Assembly: GCA_038227875.1 (NCBI GenBank)
Contig: JBBRPR010000019.1
Location: 1-64,000 of the forward strand
Direction: 5' to 3'
DNA from: Planctomycetota bacterium
GTDB lineage: Bacteria > Planctomycetota > SZUA-567 > H5-PLA8
Length of the DNA: 64,000 nucleotides
Made by a program: the position numbers and the translations under genes. Positions 38,776 through 48,645 of the stretch are shown in pieces. The notes below the pieces were generated by a model, which did not search any database, was not told the DNA's origin, and saw only the letters and a program-made list of their open reading frames with translations. How positions within the stretch are numbered: position 1 is the stretch's first letter; the number at the start of each line of letters is the position of its first letter.

Positions 38776-40767
38776 TTGGTTGAGGAAATGTCGTTTCCTC
38801 GAGCGTCCATCCGTTGCACGGGCTCGCTGCAGATCAGCGGACGTGTGCGGTACGCTCACGCCAAATTAGTGTCGCGCTTTATGCTCTGTGGAGTTCTGGC
38901 CTGTGCGGCCGGGGCGCTCCAGGCGGGCGACGATTCAGGTCCGGTTCTACGCCGCGTAGAATCGATCACCAGCAGCGAAGATATCCAAGCCGGCACGCAA
39001 GCGCCCGGCGCGCTGATCACGCTTGAAGTCAATGAGCGTCCCCTCAAGCAGGTGTTGGACTATCTCTCCACCGTCAGCGGAAAGAACATCCGCGTCGTCA
39101 AAGAGAAGGACAACAAGCTGCTGATCACGTTCAAGCTTGAGAACGTGACCTACCGCGCGATTCTCGATTTCATTGCCCGCAAATATGGCATGGTCATCGA
39201 TGACACGCAGTTGCGCACCGGCAACATCATTTTCGTGGATACGCCTGAAAAGGTCTCCATGGTGTTCCAGCGCGCCGACATCCGCGACGTCATCAACACC
39301 ATCGCGATCCAGTCGAACGCCAACATCGTGATCGGACCGGAAGTAACCGGCGAAGTCTCGATGCGCCTGGAGAACGTGCCTTGGAACGACGCGCTGAACA
39401 TCGTCGTCAAGACGTTGGACTTCGTGGCGGTGCCGGAAGTCAACAACACCATCCGCATCACCAGCCCGGCGAAAATCGCACAGCAGCTGGACATCCGCAT
39501 CTTCCGACTGGCGTACATTTCGCCGGAAGGTTCGAAGTACACCGCGGTGCTCAACAGCGAATTTGCCAAGCGTGAAGAATCCAAGGATACCGCCGCCGCC
39601 GGCCAGTCGTTGATCGACGTGCTGACGAAGGTCAAGGGATCCCAGGGTACGATCTCGTTTGAAAAACGCTCCAACGCCCTGGTTGTCCGCGACACGTCCA
39701 CCAGCCTCGACCAGATGCAGTTGATCATCGACAAGCTGGACGTTCCGCCCAAGCAGGTGCACGTGGCCGTCAAGCTCGTCGAACTCTCCGATTCCGATTC
39801 GGAAGCGATCGGCGTGGACTGGGGCAACGGACTGCAGCTCCAGGTCAATCCGATCAGCGGCTTCTCGACTGCCTTCCCATTTGACGTCTCGAACGGGCTG
39901 AGCAACTCGCTGCTGGGCAAGTTGGCGGTCGGTCTTGCGCCCACCCGCGTCCCCGCTGGAAACACGCACGTCGGATCTGACATCTTCGGATTGGGATCCT
40001 CAGTCAACCGCGGCGGCGATGGACTGCCCACCTCCGTCTCCCCCTTGGGTCTGGGTTCGGTGAGCACGGCCGGCACCAATGCTCTCCTGCAGTTGATTCG
40101 CACCAAGACCAGCGGCCGGGTCATCCAGGCACCGCAGATCATTGCGCTGGATAACGAAGAAGCCACGATTCAGGTCGGCGAACTGGTCCGCTACGCGGAA
40201 ACGTTCGTGGCGAACACTGAAGGTGGTGGAAACGTTTCCGGTTTCCGCGAAGCTTCCGGCTCGCCCATCAAGCTGGGAACGCAGCTCCTGATCATCCCGC
40301 ACGTGACCGGACCTGAAAACAATGTGCTGATGACGGTGGTGCCGAAGGTTGAAAGCTTCAGCACTTCCCGCAGCGGACTCAACGGCGCTCCGGCCGGATT
40401 CCAGCGCTTCAACGGCGCGGGCATCTCGTTGGACTTGCCGCAAACCGCCCAGCGCATCGTGGTGACCAAGATGATGCTGCGCAACGGCGAAACGGGCGTG
40501 ATCGGCGGACTGCGCGCCGAAACCGACGCGACGTCGGAAACGAAAGTTCCGATCTTCGGCGAAATTCCGGTGCTCGGCCGGTTGTTCAAGCACCGCGGCG
40601 CCTCGTCGTCCAGCACCAACCTGCTGGTCTTCGTGACACCGACGATTGTTGACTTCCACGAAAGTGATACGTTCAAGAAGGAACTCGACCGCCTGAAGCA
40701 GGACTTCTCCCGGCCTTTCACGCCGCTGGGCGAAGAAGAAGAAACCACGGCCTCGGCGGCCAAGTAA
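38776..40767 (+). CDS. pilQ: PilQ-like secretin
   Basis: STN/N0 domains (ADIRDVINTIA...VSMRLENVPWNDAL), N3 (SNALVVRDT...LDVPPKQV), secretin core (APQIIALDNEEATIQVG; GETGVIGGL; KVPIFGEIPVLGRLF; LLVFVTPTIV); start uncertain. Confidence 0.92.
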   Translation: MVEEMSFPRASIRCTGSLQISGRVRYAHAKLVSRFMLCGVLACAAGALQAGDDSGPVLRRVESITSSEDIQAGTQAPGALITLEVNERPLKQVLDYLSTVSGKNIRVVKEKDNKLLITFKLENVTYRAILDFIARKYGMVIDDTQLRTGNIIFVDTPEKVSMVFQRADIRDVINTIAIQSNANIVIGPEVTGEVSMRLENVPWNDALNIVVKTLDFVAVPEVNNTIRITSPAKIAQQLDIRIFRLAYISPEGSKYTAVLNSEFAKREESKDTAAAGQSLIDVLTKVKGSQGTISFEKRSNALVVRDTSTSLDQMQLIIDKLDVPPKQVHVAVKLVELSDSDSEAIGVDWGNGLQLQVNPISGFSTAFPFDVSNGLSNSLLGKLAVGLAPTRVPAGNTHVGSDIFGLGSSVNRGGDGLPTSVSPLGLGSVSTAGTNALLQLIRTKTSGRVIQAPQIIALDNEEATIQVGELVRYAETFVANTEGGGNVSGFREASGSPIKLGTQLLIIPHVTGPENNVLMTVVPKVESFSTSRSGLNGAPAGFQRFNGAGISLDLPQTAQRIVVTKMMLRNGETGVIGGLRAETDATSETKVPIFGEIPVLGRLFKHRGASSSSTNLLVFVTPTIVDFHESDTFKKELDRLKQDFSRPFTPLGEEEETTASAAK

Positions 40768-40780
40768 GGATCAACATCTG

Positions 40781-40817
40781 AAACGGGCGGCGGAAAATTT
40801 CCGCCGCCCGTTTTTTT
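40781..40817 (+). terminator. Rho-independent terminator after pilQ
   Basis: aaacgggcggcggaaa-a-tttccgccgcccg-TTTTTTT. Confidence 0.88.
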
Positions 40818-41138
40818 ATTCCCGCTCTGCCTTGGAACATTGCCACAAAAGTGTGATGGAAACGGAGTAGGTTTAAGGCTAGACTCGATTTTGGCTTTGG
40901 GAGGGTATTCAGCCTTCCGCCGACGATTCCGGTGGCCAACGAATTTTCAGTAGAACTGCCGGCTCGGGGCGGTCCCAGGCCGGATTCAGGTGAACTCAAG
41001 GATCTGTCGCGCGGCATCTCCTCCTATCGCACCCGAAATGTAAGCGGGCTGATTCCCCGGTCGTGAGCATGAAGCTCGCGTGGAAGGTGAGTAGCTTGCA
41101 AGTGTGCGGATGTGAAGGCCCCAGTAGTGTTCGCTGCG

Positions 41139-41870
41139 ATGATTCAGCAAAAGGTAGAAATCCGTTTCGAGAAGGGTGAGGCGATCCGCTTCATCTCGCA
41201 CCATGACCTCATGCGCGCGTTGATGCGTGCAGTGCGCCGGGCGAAGTTGCCGGTGCGGCTGACCGAGGGATTCAACCCCCGGCCGCGCATCGTCTTTCCC
41301 GTGGCGCTCGAGGCTGGCGTCGCTTCCCTCGACGAAGCAGCGGAAATCGAATTGACTCAATGTCTAGCCACACAGGAAGTTTTCAGTCGTCTTTCCTCCG
41401 TCTTACCCCCGGGCATCCAGCTGAAGGCAGTGAAGGATCTTCCGCCGCGTCGGGCGGGACAGACTCCGATTCGGATTCAGTATCTTCTTCATCTGGTGGA
41501 AGCGGGGATTCAACTCCAAACGCTCCAACTGGAAAACCTGCTAAAAGCTCCAGCGCTGCCCTTCGAGCGACCAAGGGAAAAGCATCTGCAAAAAGTGGAT
41601 CTAAGGCCGGCGCTGCTCGCGCTAAGCCTAAATCCACAGGGAAATCTGCTGGTCGAAGTGAAGCCAAGCCCAAGCGGGTCAGTAAGACCGCTCGAAGTGC
41701 TAAGCCTGCTGCTGAACGTGCCGCTGGACGACGTGAAGCGAGTGCGCGTGACGAAGCTGCTCATGGAACTGCAGACGCCACCGGAACTGACGCCGGAACA
41801 GCAAACCGAACGCGAACTGCTGCTGCAGAGGGAACTCGACCGGGATCAGGAGCAGGAAGCGGAAGCGTAA
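41139..41870 (+). CDS. TIGR03936 family radical SAM-linked protein (DUF2344)
   Basis: FEKGEAIRFISHHDLMR...RRAKLPVRLTEGFNPRPRIVF...LPPGI...VDLRP...GSVRP. Confidence 0.88.
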   Translation: MIQQKVEIRFEKGEAIRFISHHDLMRALMRAVRRAKLPVRLTEGFNPRPRIVFPVALEAGVASLDEAAEIELTQCLATQEVFSRLSSVLPPGIQLKAVKDLPPRRAGQTPIRIQYLLHLVEAGIQLQTLQLENLLKAPALPFERPREKHLQKVDLRPALLALSLNPQGNLLVEVKPSPSGSVRPLEVLSLLLNVPLDDVKRVRVTKLLMELQTPPELTPEQQTERELLLQRELDRDQEQEAEA

Positions 41871-44800
41871 CAACGCACGCTGCTCCGACTCAGGAATCCG
41901 CGCCGCCTGCTCCAGCACCGGTTCAACACACGCCGCCGGCCCCAGCGTCCCATTCGACGCCTTCATTCAACGAATCGGCCGCCGATGCACAGCCGGCTCC
42001 CATGCGCCCTAAGTCCGGCGACGTCGACGAATCGGCCGCCGATGCCGCCGCCGCCGCGCGCGCAGCACAGATTGTCGCCAGCATGATCGGCGTACCTCCC
42101 GGCGCGGCCGGTCCGCAGCAATTCCGCCCCGGAAGCCAACCTCGACCGGGCCAGGGTGGACCTGGACAGGGTCAACACCGGGGCCCCGGACAGGGCCAAG
42201 GCCAGATGGATGGCGGACGGCGTAAGCGTCGGCGGCGCGGACGCGGCGGTGACCGCTTCGCTCAGCCCGGCGGTTTGCCCGGCCAGCCCGGCCAACCTCG
42301 ACAGCCCGGAGTGCCTCAGGGCAACCGGCCTCCGCACCTGCCCCGCCCTCCGCACGTTTCGCCGCCGGTTTCCGGTGCCGTTACGCCTGACACGGGCACG
42401 CAGATATCCACACCCGTCGATCCTGCCGTCGTCATTACGCCACCGGCCGCTGTGATCATGGATACACAGAACGTTCACGCCGTCGATCTGAATGCGACGT
42501 CGTCCGTCGCGCCTGTATCCGCGCCGGCGCAGACGGGTCAGCCTTCGCAACAACTTCCGCGCCATCAGCAACCGCGGCGTGATCGGGATCCGCGCGACCG
42601 TGATCGGGATCGCGATCGCGACAGTGGCCAGGTTTCATTGCCCCCCGTGAAAAAAGTGGTGTTAATGAACGCCACCGATCCCGGCGAAATCCGCGTCGCG
42701 ATTCTTGAGAACGGTGAGCTCGCAGAAATTTTCATGGAACGCAAGAGCCGCGGGCAGCAGGCGGGCAACATTTATAAGGGCCGCGTGGTCAACGTGGAAC
42801 CGTCGCTTCAGGCGGCATTCGTCGATCTGGGCACGGAACGCAACGGCTTCTTGCACGCATCGGACTGCATTCCGCCCGACGGCGGCTACGGCGACATCCT
42901 GACAAAATTCAAGCCCGGCGCGGGCCGTCAACCGTTGCCGCCGCAGGCGCAGGTCCAGCAGCCGCAGCAGCAGCACCGAGGTCCGCGCGACCGGAACGAT
43001 CGCAACGCCGCGCGCCGTGAACAGTATCAGCAGCGCCGCGATGCGCAGCTGCCGGGTGGTGTGCCGCAATCCGCGCCCACCTCTCCAGCAATTTCGTCAC
43101 TGCCCTCGGCTCCGCCTGCCGATGCAGTCGCAGCCACAGCGCCAGTTTCTGTTCCGGTCACACCCGCTCCGGACGTCGACCCGACGGTGATTCGGATTGC
43201 TCGCCCCGGCGTTCCGTTGCCTCCCGCGCCAGCTCCGGTTGCACCGGCCGCGCCAGTTGATTCAACGTCAGCCGCAACGCCGACGGACGCGCCCGCTTCC
43301 GCGCAGGACGCCGCCCCCTCAAATCCTTCCACCCAGTCGTACGACTCGGATGAAGATGAAGACGAAGACGATCTCGAAGGCGGAGAAGGTGAAGGCGACG
43401 ACGACGAGGGCGATTCTGAACAGGGTGAAGGCGGCAACGCTGCGCCCATGATCGCCGGCCAAGGCGCGCCGGGAACTGGAATCGCGACAGGTCAGCCGCA
43501 GCACTCCGGCCAGCGCCCGCCGTTTGCCGCCAACAGTCAAAATGGTGGACGCCGCCGGCGCCGACGCCGTGGTGGACGCGGACGTTCCGGACGTGGCCGC
43601 CCGCCGGGTCCCGCGCCGATGATGGCCCCAAATCATGGCAATCCGGAAGGCTCCGGAAACGCCGACGCACCGCAAGGTGGTGACGTTCATCCCGTCACGC
43701 CTCCGGTTTCGAATCCGATTGTTGAAAAGCCGCCCGAAACTACGGCGCCCGCTCCCGTCATTGTTCCAGATGCTGCGCCCGAAGCCGTGCCCGTCAGCAG
43801 CAGCAACGAACCGGTCACGAGCGCGCCTGTGGCCACCGAAAGCAATTCCCCTTCACAGCCGGCGGAAGTGCCCGCCTCGGAACCGGCCGCACCTGAAGTT
43901 GTCGACGAAGAGTCCGAAACGGAAATCGATACCGATAACGTTCCGCCTGTGTCGAATGGTACCGGCGAAAGCGAAAGCGAATCCGAGAACGGCAATGAGT
44001 GGCATGAGCATCCCGTGAGCGAGGAAGCGCCGCCGACGGAGATTATCGTCCCGGAAAGCAAGCCCGCTCAGTCTCCGCGCGAAGCCGCGCCGATTCCCGC
44101 GCCGGGACAGCCCGCGCCGGTTCAGCAGCGCCGTCCGGACGGTGGCGGACGCAGCGGTCGCGACCGTGGCGATCGTCGCTACACGATTCAGGAAATGCTC
44201 CGCGAAGGCCAGGAAGTGCTCATTCAGGTCGCCAAGGAAGGCATTGGTCAGAAGGGCCCGGCGCTCACGACGTACCTGAGCATGCCCGGCCGTTACCTGG
44301 TATTGATGCCGGCCGTGCAGCGTCTGGGCGTTTCCAAGCGCATCGAGAACGAAGAGCAGCGCCGCGCCCTCAAGGACGCGCTCAACCAGCTCAACCCGCC
44401 CGACGACATGGGCGTGATCGTGCGCACCGCCGGCACGGGACGTTCGAAGGACGAACTGCAGCGCGACATGGATTACCTCGTCCGCGTCTGGGATACGTTG
44501 AAGAAGAAGGCGAAAGTTGCCCGCGCTCCCGCACTGATCTATCAGGAAGGCGACGTGGTGACGCGCGTCTTCCGCGACGTGATCACCGACGACGTGGCCG
44601 AGATCATCATCGACGATCCGGTGGTCGCTGACCGCGCCCGCGAATTCCTGCGCGAAAACGCGCCGGGAACGGAAGGCAAGGTCAAGCTCCACGCCGACGC
44701 CGAACCGCTGTTCCACAAGCTGGGCGTCGAACAGCAGCTCCAGCGCCTGTTCAACCGCAAGGTCAATCTGCGCAGCGGCGGCTCGATCGTAATCGAGCAG

Positions 44801-45445
44801 ACCGAAGCGTTGATCGCCATCGACGTGAACACCGGCCGCTTCCGCGAAAAGCGCAGCCAGGACGACACCATCCTGGCGACGAATCTCGAAGCCGCCCGCG
44901 AAATCGCGCGTCAGTTGCGGTTGCGGGACATCGGCGGCCTGGTGATGATCGACTTCATCGACATGGAACCGCACGAACACCGGCGCCGCGTCGAACGGGA
45001 ATTGAAGGCGCATCTGCAGCGCGACAAGGCCCGCATCAACGTGCTGCCGATCAGTTCGCTGGGCGTCGTGGAAATGACGCGCCAGCGCATCCGGCACAGC
45101 CTGCGCAAGACGCTCTTCGACCGCTGCCCGCATTGTTCAGGCTCGGGCCACGTGAAATCGGCCGAATCGCTGGGGCTGGAAATGCTCCGCGAAATCAAGG
45201 GGCAGTTGCGGGACGCAACGGTGAAGCGGGTGCTGGTGAAGGTGAATCCCGCGGTTGCCTTTGACATTTTGAACCAGTTCAGGAAAGATCTGGCACGTTT
45301 GGAAGAAACTCGCGGGATCGCCATTGAAGTCCGGGGGGACGGCACTGTGCCGTTAAGCCAGATCCAGGTTTCGACCGCCAAAGAGGGCGGCGAGTGGGTG
45401 CTCAAGAAAATAAGTGAGGTTGATGACTATGTACGCAATTCTTAA
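41360..45445 (+). CDS. rne: Rne/Rng family ribonuclease with long N-terminal disordered region and disordered insertion in S1 (start uncertain; alternatives ATG 42002, GTG 42647)
   Basis: EIRVAILENG, GNIYKGRVVNVEPSLQAAFVD, GVIVRTAG, IEQTEALIAIDVNTG, QLRLRDIGGLVMIDFIDM, EMTRQR, CPHCSGSG. Confidence 0.9.
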   Translation: MSSHTGSFQSSFLRLTPGHPAEGSEGSSAASGGTDSDSDSVSSSSGGSGDSTPNAPTGKPAKSSSAALRATKGKASAKSGSKAGAARAKPKSTGKSAGRSEAKPKRVSKTARSAKPAAERAAGRREASARDEAAHGTADATGTDAGTANRTRTAAAEGTRPGSGAGSGSVTTHAAPTQESAPPAPAPVQHTPPAPASHSTPSFNESAADAQPAPMRPKSGDVDESAADAAAAARAAQIVASMIGVPPGAAGPQQFRPGSQPRPGQGGPGQGQHRGPGQGQGQMDGGRRKRRRRGRGGDRFAQPGGLPGQPGQPRQPGVPQGNRPPHLPRPPHVSPPVSGAVTPDTGTQISTPVDPAVVITPPAAVIMDTQNVHAVDLNATSSVAPVSAPAQTGQPSQQLPRHQQPRRDRDPRDRDRDRDRDSGQVSLPPVKKVVLMNATDPGEIRVAILENGELAEIFMERKSRGQQAGNIYKGRVVNVEPSLQAAFVDLGTERNGFLHASDCIPPDGGYGDILTKFKPGAGRQPLPPQAQVQQPQQQHRGPRDRNDRNAARREQYQQRRDAQLPGGVPQSAPTSPAISSLPSAPPADAVAATAPVSVPVTPAPDVDPTVIRIARPGVPLPPAPAPVAPAAPVDSTSAATPTDAPASAQDAAPSNPSTQSYDSDEDEDEDDLEGGEGEGDDDEGDSEQGEGGNAAPMIAGQGAPGTGIATGQPQHSGQRPPFAANSQNGGRRRRRRRGGRGRSGRGRPPGPAPMMAPNHGNPEGSGNADAPQGGDVHPVTPPVSNPIVEKPPETTAPAPVIVPDAAPEAVPVSSSNEPVTSAPVATESNSPSQPAEVPASEPAAPEVVDEESETEIDTDNVPPVSNGTGESESESENGNEWHEHPVSEEAPPTEIIVPESKPAQSPREAAPIPAPGQPAPVQQRRPDGGGRSGRDRGDRRYTIQEMLREGQEVLIQVAKEGIGQKGPALTTYLSMPGRYLVLMPAVQRLGVSKRIENEEQRRALKDALNQLNPPDDMGVIVRTAGTGRSKDELQRDMDYLVRVWDTLKKKAKVARAPALIYQEGDVVTRVFRDVITDDVAEIIIDDPVVADRAREFLRENAPGTEGKVKLHADAEPLFHKLGVEQQLQRLFNRKVNLRSGGSIVIEQTEALIAIDVNTGRFREKRSQDDTILATNLEAAREIARQLRLRDIGGLVMIDFIDMEPHEHRRRVERELKAHLQRDKARINVLPISSLGVVEMTRQRIRHSLRKTLFDRCPHCSGSGHVKSAESLGLEMLREIKGQLRDATVKRVLVKVNPAVAFDILNQFRKDLARLEETRGIAIEVRGDGTVPLSQIQVSTAKEGGEWVLKKISEVDDYVRNS

Positions 45446-45743
45446 CGACCGCGGCCACCAGTACAAGGTTAAGGAGGGTGAACTCCTCCGCGTCGATCAG
45501 CTCAGCGCCGCCAAGGGCGCGGCGGTGACGTTCGACCAGGTGTTGCTGCTGGGCAAGGACGGTGGCAGCGTCACCGTCGGTTCGCCCAACGTCAGCGGCG
45601 CGAAGGTGACCGGCGTGGTGGAAGATCACGTCAAGGGCGAGAAGACCATCTCGCATCACCGCGTGCGCACCAACTCGCTGGGTACCCGGCGCGGCCACCG
45701 CACCAAGTACAGCCTGGTTCGCATCCAGAAAATTGTCGGCTAA
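45429..45743 (+). CDS. rplU: 50S ribosomal protein L21
   Basis: MYAI...GHQYKVKEG...FDQVLL...VGSP...GHR; GAGGT RBS; overlaps the rne stop. Confidence 0.93.
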   Translation: MYAILNDRGHQYKVKEGELLRVDQLSAAKGAAVTFDQVLLLGKDGGSVTVGSPNVSGAKVTGVVEDHVKGEKTISHHRVRTNSLGTRRGHRTKYSLVRIQKIVG

Positions 45744-45769
45744 ACCGCGGTTCGTACGTCCATACTTAC

Positions 45770-45847
45770 GCAGGCGGGACGCCTGCACCACAATTCCCGC
45801 AGGTGTAATGCCTGCAGCAAAAGTTGTGGTGCAGGCGTCCCGCCTGC
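45770..45847. repeat. Inverted REP-like doublet
   Basis: Perfect 24-bp arms gcaggcgggacgcctgcaccacaa / ttgtggtgcaggcgtcccgcctgc; a homologous doublet lies at 63210-63285. Confidence 0.85.
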
Positions 45848-45985
45848 ATAAACTTACCTTGGCCGCAGACGATTCTTGATTGGCTCTACCGGTCTCTGGC
45901 GGCTAAGTTGTAACGCAGGTCTTGACGTGCACGCGCGGGCGTGATAACAGGGGTTCTTCACAAGCTTTAGGGTGGGACCACCAGG

Positions 45986-48169
45986 ATGGCAGCACCTGCC
46001 GAAATCATAGTCACCGGTCCAGACGGCAGCGTCGCACGCTTTCCCGTCAAGGAACGCACGGTCATCGGACGGCACCCCGAGTGCGAAATTGTCCTGACCG
46101 ATCCGATGTCCTCGCGCCGCCATCTCATTGTCGAACGTTCCGCCGACGGCTTCACCGCTGAAGACAACAAGTCCGCCAACGGTTCAATCCTCAACGGCGA
46201 ACCGCTCAAGACCAAGGTCACGATCAAAAACGGCGACACGATGCAAATCGGGTCGACGATCATGGTGTTGCGCCTGGATGTCCCCGCCGCGCGCCCCTCA
46301 ACGCGGCAGCCTGCTGGGTACGAACAGAGCCTTTCGATCGTGCGGCTGGAGGAAGAATCGGCGGCCAACGTGCCGTCGTTCGACTTCGCGCAGAAGGCCG
46401 ACGCTTCGATGGTCTCCGAAGAAGAAGCCGCGACGTCCGATCCCGCGGCGCTCAAGCGCGTGACCGAACGCCTCAAGCTGCTGATCGACGTCAGCCAGTC
46501 GATGGGCACCTCGCTGGATCCCCAGAAGCTGCTGAACACCTGTCTTGAAAAATTGTTTGAAGTCTTTCCGCAGGCCGACCGCGGTCTGATCGTGCTGTAT
46601 GGTCCCGACGGCTCGCTGCCGGCCACGCTGGCGCCCGAGAAGGATCAGACGGCGACGCTGGACCGGCGCAAGAGCGCGATGACGCGCGTGAAACTGCGTC
46701 ACGCCCACTCGGCGCTCGACAACGAAATCAAGCTCTCTAAGACGGTGCTCAACCGCATCCGCACGCAACGCCAGTCGGTGCTGGTCTCCGACGCGGCGGC
46801 AGAATCCGGCGGCATGTCGCTGGCGAAATTCGAAATCAAGTCTTTGATGTGCGCCCCACTGCTGATCGGCACCGACGATCTGGGTTTCATCCAGCTGGAA
46901 ACCAAGAGCCGCCAGTCGCCCTTCAATCCGGAAGACCTGGGCGTGATGACCGCCGTCGCCGGACAGGTGGCCGTGGTGATCCGCAATTCCGATTTGGCGC
47001 TGGAAGCTGCCGCGGCCGCCGCGCAGAAGGAAAATTTGTCGCGATTCCTCTCGCCCAATCTCGTCGACCAAGTGCTGAAGGGCGCGCTTTCCGTCGAACT
47101 GGGCGGCACGGAAAAGAAGGGCACGATCTTCTTCTCCGATATCGTCAGCTTCACCAAACTGGCCAGCAAGATGAGCGCGCAGAACGTGGTGACGCTGCTC
47201 AACCGGTATTTCACGGTGATGCAGAACATCATTTTCCGCCGCGGCGGCTCGATCGACAAATGCGCCGGCGACAACATCATGGCGCATTGGGGCGTCGTCG
47301 GCGACATGCCCGACTTCACTGCCAGTGCCGTGACCTCGTCGGTGGAAATGCAGATCGCGCTCTTCCGCTTCAACCGCGACGAAACCCGCAAGGCCGAAAT
47401 TCAGCTCCCGACCGTGCCGCTGGGCCATGGCATTGGCTTGAACACCGGCATCGTCTGCGCCGGAAACATCGGGTCGGACCGCAAGATCGAATTCACCGTG
47501 ATCGGCGACGCGGTCAATCTCTCCGCGCGCATCGAAGCGATGGCCGGCCGTTTCCAGACGTTCATCGGCGAGCCGACGTACATGGAAATTCAAGACCGCC
47601 TGCTGTGCATCCGCATGCCCGATTGTCCGGCGAAGAACGTCGCCAATCTGCTGCCGGTGTACTCGGTGCGCGGCATTGTTCCGCCGCCGCTGGACGGAGA
47701 GAGCGCCGACACAAAGCACGAATTGCTGCTGGCCATGCCCTGCGTGATCAAGGGCGCCGATGGTCTGGCGGTTCCCGGCATGGTGACGCGCATCACGCCG
47801 GCGGCATCCGGTTCGGGCGGCGCGATCGTGATGCAGATTGAAAAGCACATTCCGCCGGGCACGCCCGTGGAATTGGAATGGGACGTCCCCGAAAAGCCGA
47901 CGCTCTCGAAGGTACCCGGCACCGTCGACAAGTGCCCGAAGGATCCTGAGCCGAACAAGGCGCTGACTGAAACGGCGCAGACGCCGGCAGCCACGGCGGC
48001 GAAGCATCATGATCACGTGAAGGGCTTCACCGCGATTCTCGGAGGCCCGATCGCTCCCGGCACGCTGGTAATGAAGACCGACGCGCTGCCTCCGGACGTT
48101 GCCGCAATCAAGGCTGGCGTGCTGATCCCGTCGGACCTGAAATCACACGAAGACATTGTTCGCGCGTAA
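45986..48169 (+). CDS. FHA-GAF-class III adenylate cyclase
   Basis: FHA IGRHPEC...SRRH...SANG; GAF SLMCAPLL; cyclase FFSDIVSFT, IDKCAGD, GIGLNTG, FTVIGDAVNLSARIE. Confidence 0.92.
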   Translation: MAAPAEIIVTGPDGSVARFPVKERTVIGRHPECEIVLTDPMSSRRHLIVERSADGFTAEDNKSANGSILNGEPLKTKVTIKNGDTMQIGSTIMVLRLDVPAARPSTRQPAGYEQSLSIVRLEEESAANVPSFDFAQKADASMVSEEEAATSDPAALKRVTERLKLLIDVSQSMGTSLDPQKLLNTCLEKLFEVFPQADRGLIVLYGPDGSLPATLAPEKDQTATLDRRKSAMTRVKLRHAHSALDNEIKLSKTVLNRIRTQRQSVLVSDAAAESGGMSLAKFEIKSLMCAPLLIGTDDLGFIQLETKSRQSPFNPEDLGVMTAVAGQVAVVIRNSDLALEAAAAAAQKENLSRFLSPNLVDQVLKGALSVELGGTEKKGTIFFSDIVSFTKLASKMSAQNVVTLLNRYFTVMQNIIFRRGGSIDKCAGDNIMAHWGVVGDMPDFTASAVTSSVEMQIALFRFNRDETRKAEIQLPTVPLGHGIGLNTGIVCAGNIGSDRKIEFTVIGDAVNLSARIEAMAGRFQTFIGEPTYMEIQDRLLCIRMPDCPAKNVANLLPVYSVRGIVPPPLDGESADTKHELLLAMPCVIKGADGLAVPGMVTRITPAASGSGGAIVMQIEKHIPPGTPVELEWDVPEKPTLSKVPGTVDKCPKDPEPNKALTETAQTPAATAAKHHDHVKGFTAILGGPIAPGTLVMKTDALPPDVAAIKAGVLIPSDLKSHEDIVRA

Positions 48170-48214
48170 CCGCGAAGGTGTCAGTATCTAGATTTTAGTG
48201 CTGGCTGTCCGAGT

Positions 48215-48643
48215 TCAGACTACATTTGCCAGCACCTGAAAATCATTGTAAGCGCCGCGTCGCTCCAATGCCTCTATTGTGCTACCCGCCAAATCGGGTT
48301 TGAACTCCATTAGCCATTGCTTGGTGTATCGAAAATTTCGCTCGAATGCGCCCGCGATCCTCATCTTCTCTAAAAATTCACCAAGCTTCTCAAGCTTCAT
48401 GGCTCGTTCAAGGCACCGGATTGCTGCGCAATAGCGTAACAAGCATTCCTCCGCGCAAGCTAAAAGACGCCACACTTCCTCCGTTGGCTCGTTATTTTCA
48501 ATATGGCGAATGAGGTCGGTTCTGACCGAATTCAGAAAAGGAAGTGCAGCAGCATTTGGTGCCCGGCGAGCATACGACGACTGCATCGATAGTTTTCGAC
48601 CGCGATTGAGCTGCTCGCGAATCTCATCCAAGCCATCATCCAT
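48215..48643 (-). CDS. Hypothetical protein, C-terminus reminiscent of DUF2695; lower GC
   Basis: MDDGLDEIRE... starts right after the upstream stop; ends ERRGAYNDFQVLANVV. Confidence 0.55.
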   Translation of the reverse strand: MDDGLDEIREQLNRGRKLSMQSSYARRAPNAAALPFLNSVRTDLIRHIENNEPTEEVWRLLACAEECLLRYCAAIRCLERAMKLEKLGEFLEKMRIAGAFERNFRYTKQWLMEFKPDLAGSTIEALERRGAYNDFQVLANVV

Positions 48644-48645
48644 TT

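Noticed and set aside
38776..40767. Type II secretion GspD assignment
   Set aside because: The pilM-N-O-P context and STN/N0-N3 layout favour PilQ
40820..41135. Possible ncRNA or small gene between pilQ and DUF2344
   Set aside because: No convincing ORF or extended pairing seen; probably promoter and 5' UTR
45922..45948. Sigma70 promoter for the cyclase (TTGACG...GATAAC)
   Set aside because: The spacer is only 15 nt and the -10 is weak
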